Origin: an uncultured Bacteroidales bacterium
GTDB taxonomy: Bacteria > Bacteroidota > Bacteroidia > Bacteroidales > UBA1402
Direction: 5' to 3'
Length of the DNA stretch: 64,000 nt
Assembly: GCA_964502355.1 (NCBI GenBank)
Contig: CAZCWK010000002.1
Span: 64,683 to 128,682, forward strand
A program made the translations under genes and the position numbers. Under the pieces are notes generated by a model. The model ran no database searches. It had not been told where the DNA came from and worked only from the letters and a program-made list of their open reading frames with translations. Shown here one piece after another: positions 18,819 to 27,023 of this stretch; the stretch's first letter is position 1; every line of letters starts with the position of its first letter.

Positions 18819-21119
18819 TTATTTGTCAGAAAATGAATATGGGAAACTCTTTTTATTAGTTCCACGTTGATAATTAGGTTTAGAGATCATCTGAAAAACA
18901 ATATTGCCACCTTGCTGCAATTGTTGATTAGTAAAGTAATTATAATTATAAGCCTTACCGTCAATATCTATTTTGTCAATATATATGTTTTCTCTGCTGT
19001 TATTAATTGATTTAAGTAAAAGTTTCCGGCCACTTTCCATAGTAATGTTCATATTTGAAAATAGTGGCGAACCTAAAGCATACTGACCTGATATCGGAGA
19101 AACCGGATAGAAACCCATTGCTGAAAAGACAAACCATGCTGAGGTTTGACCATTATCTTCATCACCGCAATATCCGTCGGGTGCTGGTCTGTAAAGGCGA
19201 TCCATAATCTGACGAGTCCAGTATTGCGATTTCCATGGTTCACCGGCCCAATCATACAAGTAAGTCATATGTTGTATTGGCTGATTTCCATGAGCATATT
19301 GGCCAAAATTCATAATCTGCATTTCACGAATTTCATGTATCACCTGTCCATAATAAGATTCATCAAAAACAGGAGGAAGTACAAATACAGAATCAAGCAT
19401 GGCTACAAATTTCCTTCGTCCACCCATCAAATCAATCAGTCCTGCAGGATCATGAAAGACACTCCATGAATAATGCCAGCTGTTTCCTTCGGTGAAATCA
19501 CCTCCCCATGAAAAAGGATTGAAGTCTTTACGAAACTCTCCTTTAGTATTTCGTCCTGCCATCAAACTATATTTAGGATAAAACAGGTTTTTATAATTCA
19601 GCGAACGTCTGGCAAAGGTTTCAATGATATTATTGTCCTTTTTAAGCTCTTTTGCCAACCGATAAATACAATAGTCGGCATAGGCATATTCCAGAGTACG
19701 GGCTGCACTCTCATTAACACTGATGTCATTTGGTAAATAACCAAGCGTGGCATATTCTTTTGCTCCTGCACGACCTACAGAAGTAAGAGATGGATGAGAG
19801 TTATAAGCATTCTTGATAATACCATCCCACAAAGTATTAATATCTACATCTTTCACTCCATTGAGGTATGCTGAGGCTATCACAGAAGTTGAATTTGAGC
19901 CAACCATTATATCTATATGACCGGGAGCCGCCCATTCAGGCAACCAGCCGCTTTCTTTGTAAGTATTGGCAAGACCCTCCAGAATATATTTGCTTTGAGT
20001 AGGGTAGAAGAGATTAAAAAATGGATGTACCGCTCTGAAAGTATCCCAAAAGCCATTGTCCGTGTACATTCTTCCCGGGCTAATCTTGCCATTATACGGA
20101 CTGTAATGTACGATATTGCCTTTAGCATCAATCTCATGAAACTCCCTGGGAAACAACAACAGTCTATAGAGGCATGTGTAAAATGTCCTTACTTTATCCA
20201 AATCGTTTAATTGCGCATCCTCTATCGAAAAACGGGATAATTGTTTATTCCAAATACTTTTACTAGTTGCACTGATTTCATCGAAGTTTTTGCCGCCAAT
20301 TTCATTTTTAAGGTTTATTTCAGCCTGATCCCAACTTATAAATGATGATGAAATTCTTGCCTGTATGGATTCTCCATTACTTGTTTTAAAAGTAATTACG
20401 GCGCCACTATGCTTGCCTGATGTTTCAGTAATACCCTCTTTAAAAGCCCCTTCCTTCCATAGGGAGTAGTTAAGGATGGTTTTGTCGAAATAAATAACAA
20501 AATAATTTTTGAAATTTTCAGGAACACGCTGATTTTCGTAGCCTATACGATCGGTGGAATAACCTATGACTTTGTTTTCTTCAGGTATGACTTTTATATA
20601 TGACGCTCTTTCAAATGCATCAATTACAATATTTGCCTGTTTTGTTTCAGGAAAAGTGAAACGCATTACTGATGATCGTTCGGTAGGAGTGAGTTCGGCT
20701 GTTACGTTATAATCAGCAAGATATACTTTGTAATAATTAGGTAACAAGGTTTCGGCTTTATGTGAAAACCAACTTTTGCGGCTTTCTTCCGTAAACTTCT
20801 TTTCTCCGACAGTCGGCATTATGGAGAATACTCCGTAATCACCTGTCCACGGGCTTGGCTGATGAGTCTGTCTGATTCCTGTAAAAAAATGACTGTTATA
20901 TGAATAAAACCATCTTTCACTGTTATTAAGAGCTGTCTGAGGTGACCAGTGGTTCATACCCCACGGGAGAGCTATCGCCGGATACAGGTTGCCGTTAGAT
21001 AAAGCAAATTCGCTCTGGCTTCCCATGACAGGCATTACATATTGAGTATAATCCTTTTGTGCAAATGTGTAAAGTGAAATAAACGCACAAATCATCAGCA
21101 GGGAAGTCCTTTTTTTCAT
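18819..21119 (-). CDS. Glycoside hydrolase family 92 alpha-mannosidase (second copy)
   Basis: 766 aa with a signal peptide. GH92 motifs GFWDTFRAVHP, HGNQPIQHMTYLYDW, GYCGDEDNGQTSAWFVFSAMGFYPV. Confidence 0.92.
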   Translation of the reverse strand: MKKRTSLLMICAFISLYTFAQKDYTQYVMPVMGSQSEFALSNGNLYPAIALPWGMNHWSPQTALNNSERWFYSYNSHFFTGIRQTHQPSPWTGDYGVFSIMPTVGEKKFTEESRKSWFSHKAETLLPNYYKVYLADYNVTAELTPTERSSVMRFTFPETKQANIVIDAFERASYIKVIPEENKVIGYSTDRIGYENQRVPENFKNYFVIYFDKTILNYSLWKEGAFKEGITETSGKHSGAVITFKTSNGESIQARISSSFISWDQAEINLKNEIGGKNFDEISATSKSIWNKQLSRFSIEDAQLNDLDKVRTFYTCLYRLLLFPREFHEIDAKGNIVHYSPYNGKISPGRMYTDNGFWDTFRAVHPFFNLFYPTQSKYILEGLANTYKESGWLPEWAAPGHIDIMVGSNSTSVIASAYLNGVKDVDINTLWDGIIKNAYNSHPSLTSVGRAGAKEYATLGYLPNDISVNESAARTLEYAYADYCIYRLAKELKKDNNIIETFARRSLNYKNLFYPKYSLMAGRNTKGEFRKDFNPFSWGGDFTEGNSWHYSWSVFHDPAGLIDLMGGRRKFVAMLDSVFVLPPVFDESYYGQVIHEIREMQIMNFGQYAHGNQPIQHMTYLYDWAGEPWKSQYWTRQIMDRLYRPAPDGYCGDEDNGQTSAWFVFSAMGFYPVSPISGQYALGSPLFSNMNITMESGRKLLLKSINNSRENIYIDKIDIDGKAYNYNYFTNQQLQQGGNIVFQMISKPNYQRGTNKKSFPYSFSDK

Positions 21120-21261
21120 GTGATATTAAATTTTCTGCTGCAAATGAAGGATCCTGCGATTAAAATTGAGATTAAATCGCGTTTAAATGGCACAGAAATT
21201 TATTTAATCGATTGAAAAAAGACTATTATCTTTCAAATTTCAATATTGAAATAATAAAATG

Positions 21262-21289
21262 AAGGTGCCCCGAATTATTGGGACACCTT
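21262..21289 (-). terminator. Rho-independent terminator at the distal end of PUL2 / the DUF3795 fragment
   Basis: On the minus strand aaggtgtccc / ggggcacctt form a 10-bp stem (one G-U pair) with an 8-nt loop, followed by cattttattatttc. Confidence 0.6.
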
Positions 21290-21336
21290 TATCAAGTTTA
21301 TACGGATTACATTGATTTCAAACAGGAAAATTACAT

Positions 21337-21399
21337 TTAAAGCGATAGCAGATTTGCTTTGGCTTGCGGAACGGCATTTAATAAAACTATATCACAAGA
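21337..21399 (-). pseudogene. Orphan 3'-terminal fragment of a DUF3795-like gene (about 20 codons, no 5' part)
   Basis: The minus-strand frame reads SCDIVLLNAVPQAKANLLSL*. The intact gene at 36022-36357 ends TCATVGFILNAVPQAKANLSKL*. The core tta aat gcc gtt ccN caa gcN aaa gca aat matches at 28 of 30 nt. Confidence 0.6.
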
Positions 21400-21417
21400 T
21401 TAAGTATATCTGCTTTG

Positions 21418-22098
21418 CTAGTCTTTTAGTAATTTTAAAATTGATGAGCACATTGTTTCAATAATGATTGAACATGAAGCTGCACCTGCATCTATATGGC
21501 CTATTGTTCGTTCACCAAGTCTGGAAGAACGTCCGATTTTAGATAACATATTTCTGGTTGATTCTTTCCCTTTCTGTGCACCAATAGAACATTCATTCAG
21601 AACTATATCAAAAGGTTTTTTATTAACTATTGCATCATTTATATAGTTGAGAGCGCTAGACAAAGTATCGATTAACGATTTGTCACCTGGTTTAGCATTA
21701 CCCATTTCCATAACTTTCTTTGTGGCTTCAAAAATCATTTTTTGGAAAATATCTGATGTAATTATTACTTCATTTTTTGAAACTTTAGCCATTGTCTTGA
21801 AGAATGTTCCGTATAATGGGCCCATAGATCCACCAATTTCATCCATAAGCGTTTCTCCAACGATTTCTAATGAATCGGAAAAATTAAATTTATTTGATTC
21901 CAGTTGATTTAATGACATTAAAAAGCCTTTATTCATATTAACTCCATGATCTCCATCACCGATTATTCCATCTAAATCACATAAATAATCTTTATTCTGA
22001 ATAACTGCATTAGCAATATCTTGTACTATAATTAATCCTGATGTATTTAAGAAAAATGCTTTCATATGGTTTTTATAATTGTTTATAACAAACTGCAT
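21418..22098 (-). CDS. dhaL: Dihydroxyacetone-kinase family, L (ADP/ATP-binding, Dak2) subunit
   Basis: DGIIGDGDHGVNMNKGF is the Dak2 signature. An alternative start MKAFFLNTSG at 22065 would remove the 26-nt overlap with dhaK. Confidence 0.85.
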   Translation of the reverse strand: MQFVINNYKNHMKAFFLNTSGLIIVQDIANAVIQNKDYLCDLDGIIGDGDHGVNMNKGFLMSLNQLESNKFNFSDSLEIVGETLMDEIGGSMGPLYGTFFKTMAKVSKNEVIITSDIFQKMIFEATKKVMEMGNAKPGDKSLIDTLSSALNYINDAIVNKKPFDIVLNECSIGAQKGKESTRNMLSKIGRSSRLGERTIGHIDAGAASCSIIIETMCSSILKLLKD

Positions 22099-23071
22099 CT
22101 GCTGGGAAATCTATTAATGTTTTCAATTCTTCATCTACTTTCATTAATGTAAGAGTTACACCCATCATATCCAGAGAAGTGAAATAATTTCCAACAAGTG
22201 ATTTGTACATTTTAATTTTATTTTTTTCAAGAATTTTCGAAACTTCATTAAAGAAAACATAGAGTTCCATAACAGGTGTAGAACCCAATCCTGATACTAA
22301 AACTACAACTTCATCATTTTCTACAAAAGGGAGATCGGGCAACAATATTGAAATGCAGTACTCAGCCATTTCTTTTGCACTTTTCAGTTCTGATATCTTA
22401 ATGCCTGGTTCGCCATGATGGCCAATTCCAATTTCCATTTTACCGGGAGCAATCGAAAAATTTGGTTTACCAGCTGAAATTATTGTGCATGGAGATAATC
22501 CAATGCCAACACTTCTCGTATTGTCAATGGCTTTTTGTGAAACAATAATTACCTCATCCAGCGTTGCACCTGAAGCAGCCTTAGCTCCTCCAACTTTCCA
22601 CATAAGCACTTCTCCTGCCACTCCGCGACGTTTATATAATTCATTTTTGGGCGCAGAAGCCACATCATCATTTGCTATTACTTTTTTTACTGTAATTCCA
22701 ACTTCTTCTGCTTTTTCAATAGCCATTCGGACATTCATATTGTCTCCTGAATAATTACCGTATAAACATGCTACACCTTCTCCTGAATCTGCTGACCTAA
22801 AAGCTTCCAGAAATGCTTTTGCTGAAGGAGAACTGAATATTTCTCCGACAGCAACTGCATCACACATATTTTTTCCAATGTAACCGATAAATGCCGGTTT
22901 ATGTCCTGAGCCTCCACCAGTAACAATACCTACTTTCCCTTTTTTAGGAGCTTGTTTATATTTTAGTACTCTTGGATTTGAGGTTAAACTGACAATATTA
23001 TCATTGTTTTTTACAAATCCCTCAAGCATCTCATCTACAATTTTATCAGGATCATTATAAATTCTTTGCAT
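22073..23071 (-). CDS. dhaK: Dihydroxyacetone-kinase family, K (substrate-binding, Dak1) subunit
   Basis: 332 aa. GIVTGGGSGHKPAF matches the Dak1 GGGSGHEP-type motif. It lies directly upstream of dhaL. Confidence 0.88.
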   Translation of the reverse strand: MQRIYNDPDKIVDEMLEGFVKNNDNIVSLTSNPRVLKYKQAPKKGKVGIVTGGGSGHKPAFIGYIGKNMCDAVAVGEIFSSPSAKAFLEAFRSADSGEGVACLYGNYSGDNMNVRMAIEKAEEVGITVKKVIANDDVASAPKNELYKRRGVAGEVLMWKVGGAKAASGATLDEVIIVSQKAIDNTRSVGIGLSPCTIISAGKPNFSIAPGKMEIGIGHHGEPGIKISELKSAKEMAEYCISILLPDLPFVENDEVVVLVSGLGSTPVMELYVFFNEVSKILEKNKIKMYKSLVGNYFTSLDMMGVTLTLMKVDEELKTLIDFPADAVCYKQL

Positions 23072-23088
23072 CTTTTATTTGTATTTTA

Positions 23089-23466
23089 TTATTCGGAAAA
23101 AGAAATATCTTCATAAAATAAGTAATCTTCCAATTTTACTGGAGAAGTGAAATAACAGATCAATTTCAAATCAGAATCACCAGTGTTTTTTACCATGTGA
23201 ATTGAATTTTGAGGGAAAATAATAACTGATCCCATACTTATTCTAGATGTTTCATTGTCAATCATAACCTTCCCTTCTCCGGAAACTACATATACAACTT
23301 CTTCATCATTTGGGTGAGAATGAGCAGGTTTTACTGTTTCACCACTATGAATCAGGACTGTATTTAGAGAGAATTTATTAGAATAATTACTATCCGGATG
23401 GACAAGCCATTTAAGATCTCTTCCCGGGAGTTTTATGTATTTAATTTCAGATTCGTTAATTACCAT
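23089..23466 (-). CDS. Cupin-domain protein
   Basis: 125 aa with cupin motifs PAHSHPNDEEVVYVVSGEG and IIFPQNSIHMVKNTG. Confidence 0.75.
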   Translation of the reverse strand: MVINESEIKYIKLPGRDLKWLVHPDSNYSNKFSLNTVLIHSGETVKPAHSHPNDEEVVYVVSGEGKVMIDNETSRISMGSVIIFPQNSIHMVKNTGDSDLKLICYFTSPVKLEDYLFYEDISFSE

Positions 23467-23471
23467 AATTT

Positions 23472-24494
23472 TTAATATTTTATTTCATAAAGACTAACTT
23501 CATTTTTGTTTTGATTAGAACTGACAAGGTAGTCTCTGTTATCAATTTTGAAACTAATAATTTGAGTGGGACCAGCATCTTCTTCAATTATAATTTTATC
23601 AAATGTCCATGATTTAAAATTAAAATTGCGAAAAGCAAGTAATTCTTTTTTACCACGACGGTTCCCAACAAAAACAACAGGTTCTTTCCTAATATAATTT
23701 GTAGTTAATCCATGCCCAAATTCAAGTTCAGTTTCAAAAATTCTATCCCAAAAACCATGAATATTTTTATAAATAGCCAACGTATTGCCATGAAAAGGTT
23801 CGATAGTAACTATTTCATTATTGCCATCACCATCAACATCTATTAACGCAACTTCACTAATTTCTGATGATAGCATTTTTTCAACTTTCCATCCTTTTTT
23901 AGTTGAATTCCAGTTGATGCGGAATAGACCTTCAGCAGCAGAAACAAATAAAGTATCTATCCCAGCATAACTTATTTTTGTCATTCCGTGATTTCTAGTC
24001 AAGTTTTCAATAATTGGTTTTGTAATCCATTTTTCAAAACATTCATTTGTTGATACTTCATACAAAGCTCCCGGATTAGACCAGTCAAGTGGATTCTCTT
24101 TATATTTACTTATACTTGCAATAAATAAAACAAGATGATCATCTATATTCATCCATTCTATTCGATGTGCAAATGGGATATCCAAAATTTTATAATCTTT
24201 ATATGACTCACTTACTCTTTCGTGATAATAGACTCCAGCATTATAACCAATAAATGGAGGATAAACACCCATAATAGAGATAAGATCATCTTTTTTATTC
24301 GGTACATCATGTATGCTCATTGTCCCTCCGGGACCTTCAGCGAATTTTCTAGGTACAAAATCCGGTAAGCTTAATAAATAACACGGTCCATGTCCTTCAC
24401 TTCCAGCTGCTATCATTTTTGATTCATCTACATTTACTAAGGATATGGCATATCCTTTATCAATACTAAATGAATTTACTTTCTTGAAAATCAT
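23472..24494 (-). CDS. Cytoplasmic hypothetical protein, beta-propeller-like with an FG-GAP/VCBS-like DxDxDG motif
   Basis: 340 aa with no signal peptide. Contains IDVDGDGNNEIVTIEPFHGN. The stop overlaps the rpiB-like start (shared base 24494). Confidence 0.6.
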   Translation of the reverse strand: MIFKKVNSFSIDKGYAISLVNVDESKMIAAGSEGHGPCYLLSLPDFVPRKFAEGPGGTMSIHDVPNKKDDLISIMGVYPPFIGYNAGVYYHERVSESYKDYKILDIPFAHRIEWMNIDDHLVLFIASISKYKENPLDWSNPGALYEVSTNECFEKWITKPIIENLTRNHGMTKISYAGIDTLFVSAAEGLFRINWNSTKKGWKVEKMLSSEISEVALIDVDGDGNNEIVTIEPFHGNTLAIYKNIHGFWDRIFETELEFGHGLTTNYIRKEPVVFVGNRRGKKELLAFRNFNFKSWTFDKIIIEEDAGPTQIISFKIDNRDYLVSSNQNKNEVSLYEIKY

Positions 24495-24958
24495 TACTCA
24501 TTTTTCTTTATATGTTTTTCTTCGAACTGCTTAATCCTATCAATTTTTTCATCAGAACGTCCACCTGGTTGATATTCATAGCTCAACCATTTCGTTATAA
24601 TAGTTTTTGCTAACTCTATTCCCACTACTTGTGATCCTAATGTCAGGATATTAGCATTATTACTTTTAATTGACCTTTCAACAGAATATGAATCAGTACA
24701 ATTTACAGCTCTTGCTCCCAGTACTTTATTGGCAGCCAAGCATACACCTATACCGGTACCACAAAACAATAAACCTCGGTCAAAACTGTGATTTGAGACT
24801 GCCTCTGCAACTGAAAAGGCAGTATTTGCATAAATAGGATCATCATTTCCAAAATCTTTTATATCATAATTTAACGTTTCAAGATATTTTATTATCTCTT
24901 TCTTGAGTTCTTTTGCATTCGGATCGCAACCAATAGCAATCTTATAATTTTTGTACAT
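24494..24958 (-). CDS. RpiB/LacA/LacB-family sugar-phosphate isomerase
   Basis: 154 aa. IAIGCDPNAKELKKEI and LFCGTGIGVCLAANKVLGARA are typical of the RpiB family. Confidence 0.85.
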   Translation of the reverse strand: MYKNYKIAIGCDPNAKELKKEIIKYLETLNYDIKDFGNDDPIYANTAFSVAEAVSNHSFDRGLLFCGTGIGVCLAANKVLGARAVNCTDSYSVERSIKSNNANILTLGSQVVGIELAKTIITKWLSYEYQPGGRSDEKIDRIKQFEEKHIKKNE

Positions 24959-24976
24959 ATTTATTTATAATTATAG

Positions 24977-25657
24977 TTATTCAGATATTTCCAGTAACTT
25001 TCTAACCATTTCAATACCGGTTCTCCCACTATTAAAAACCGGTATTTTAACATTTTTCAGTGCAGGTTCAAGCGCACTCATCGATACTTGAGCTAATACG
25101 ATTGAGGAAACACTTTTTGATAGACTATCAATCACATCAATTAAAATTGAATTATGTTTTTCCACATCTCCTTTTTTTAATACTTCAAATGCTTCGGAAC
25201 ATAAGACAGTTGTAATTTCAATTTCTTTTCCTGCTTCATGAGCTGCTAATTTTAATAAACGTTCTGAAGCAGGCACTGTAGTTGGTACTGTTGCAAGTAA
25301 CCCTATCTTTCTGCCACAACTTACTGCCAGATCCATCATCGGTCTGTCTATTTGCAACATTGGTATGTTGATCATCGGTCTTGCATTTTCCACTGCTTTA
25401 TTAAAAGTTGAGCAAGCTAATAATATCAAATCAACTCCATAATTCTCCAGATTATGTGCATATTGAGCAAACTTTAGATAGTTTTCCTTTGGAATTATAC
25501 CTGGTTCACAGTTAAAATTGGTATTCTGGATAGTATCATCAACAATGTGTACAACCTTTACTTCAGGCATAATTTCATCAATAAATTGTTGTACTCCTTT
25601 AGTTGAAATAAGAGCAGCGTGAATAATTCCTACTGTTTTATTTTTAAGATCTTTCAT
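24977..25657 (-). CDS. Asp/Glu/hydantoin-racemase-superfamily protein
   Basis: 226 aa. DLILLACSTFN is a first-site Cys motif. GLLATVPTTV and IVLAQVSMSAL lie where the second motif is expected. Confidence 0.6.
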   Translation of the reverse strand: MKDLKNKTVGIIHAALISTKGVQQFIDEIMPEVKVVHIVDDTIQNTNFNCEPGIIPKENYLKFAQYAHNLENYGVDLILLACSTFNKAVENARPMINIPMLQIDRPMMDLAVSCGRKIGLLATVPTTVPASERLLKLAAHEAGKEIEITTVLCSEAFEVLKKGDVEKHNSILIDVIDSLSKSVSSIVLAQVSMSALEPALKNVKIPVFNSGRTGIEMVRKLLEISE

Positions 25658-25668
25658 TTTTAATTCTT

Positions 25669-26949
25669 TTAATTGTCAACATATTCCTGAAGCCTTTTAT
25701 CTTTTGTAAGTGGCCCCATAAAAAGCATTATTATTAAACCTATTATTGCGGCTACACCAAAAATTAAGAATATTGTATTATATGCAAATACATATCCGTG
25801 TACTGCTTTAACAGTTTTGATTGTTAATCCGGAAACAGTTTGGAAAATAGCGCCTCCAATCCCTGTACCAATGCATGCGAGTCCCCATACTGTAGCCGTA
25901 GCACTTGAAGGAACCACATCAGCAGGCATAGCCAAAGCGTTTGCAGTATATGATGTATATCCAAAACCTACAATACCAAAAATTATAATTGCAGTTATTG
26001 GTGAATGTATTGTAAATGGGGCTGCAATAAGAGGTATTGCCATAAGGCATGCGGAAATACATACCGAAACCAGTCTTGCTTTAGGTATTGGTACACCTCT
26101 CTTAATAATATATTGTGTAAAATAACCACCTGCAATATTACCAATATCGGCAACTATGAACGGTAGCATTGCATACCATCCAATCTGTTTCATACTCAGG
26201 GAGTGTACATCTACGAGATATCTTCCGATCCAGAATGTAACAAAATACCAGACCGGATCCAGAAAAATTTTAGACAAAGTGAACATTAATACAAATCTGT
26301 TCTTAAAAAGTTCGTTTGGCGGTATTATCTTTTGTTTTATATCATTAATCGATTTTTCAGGCGTATAATAGCTAAACCAGAAAGCGACTAACCATAAATA
26401 TCCAAGAATGGCAAGAATTACAAAAGTCATTTTCCATCCGTAATTCAAACCAAGAAATGCGACTAAGGGAGGAACAATAATTGCACCTAAAGCTGAACCA
26501 CTATTAAAAATTCCTGAAGCAGTAGAGCGTTCATTTGGTGGAAACCATTCTCTTACAAGCTTTATCCCTGCAGGCCAGTTTCCAGCTTCACCAATCCCAA
26601 GAAAAAATCTGACTATTCCAAATTGTAATGGCGTAATAACAAATGCATGAAATAAGCCTGCAGTTGTCCAGAAAGCCATAACCAAAGAATACCCGATTTT
26701 TGTCCCGAGTTTATCAATTATATAACCAGAACCAGCATTTGAAATAGTATAAGCAATAAAAAAGGCTGTACCAATATATCCAAATGCTTCATCTGATAGA
26801 ATTTGTCTTAATTCTCCATCAGAACTCAGGTAATTAAATGATAACCTATGTACGTAATTAAGGAGTGTGGCTAAAAATCCGAATGAAATCATTAGCCACC
26901 TCATTCTTAATTGCTTGTCAACATTTTTATTTTCTATTTTAAAAACCAT
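25669..26949 (-). CDS. MFS transporter, ACS / hexuronate-transporter-like
   Basis: 426 aa with 12 TM helices. N-terminal RMRWLMISFGFLATLLNYVHRLSF resembles ExuT/ACS-family openings. Confidence 0.8.
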   Translation of the reverse strand: MVFKIENKNVDKQLRMRWLMISFGFLATLLNYVHRLSFNYLSSDGELRQILSDEAFGYIGTAFFIAYTISNAGSGYIIDKLGTKIGYSLVMAFWTTAGLFHAFVITPLQFGIVRFFLGIGEAGNWPAGIKLVREWFPPNERSTASGIFNSGSALGAIIVPPLVAFLGLNYGWKMTFVILAILGYLWLVAFWFSYYTPEKSINDIKQKIIPPNELFKNRFVLMFTLSKIFLDPVWYFVTFWIGRYLVDVHSLSMKQIGWYAMLPFIVADIGNIAGGYFTQYIIKRGVPIPKARLVSVCISACLMAIPLIAAPFTIHSPITAIIIFGIVGFGYTSYTANALAMPADVVPSSATATVWGLACIGTGIGGAIFQTVSGLTIKTVKAVHGYVFAYNTIFLIFGVAAIIGLIIMLFMGPLTKDKRLQEYVDN

Positions 26950-27023
26950 TTTGACAGTATTATAGTATACTCACAAAAAAGTAATTATTGTGAGACACAT
27001 TTTTTATAATATTTTTGAATTTT

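Larger units (their letters stand above)
1..21119 (-). other. PUL1: alpha-mannoside / N-glycan-type polysaccharide utilization locus (GH38, phosphoesterase, GH92, 2 lipoproteins, SusD, SusC, GH3, MFS, ROK, GH92)
   Basis: Eleven co-oriented genes around a SusC/SusD pair, three of them from alpha-mannosidase families. No regulator gene lies inside the window. Confidence 0.8.

Noticed and set aside
21300-21336. Possible extension of the DUF3795-end repeat beyond the stop codons (shared tgaaatcaa 9-mer downstream of both copies).
   Set aside because: The 9-mer lies at different distances from the two stop codons and is AT-rich, so chance is the likeliest explanation. The repeat is claimed only for the coding 3' end.
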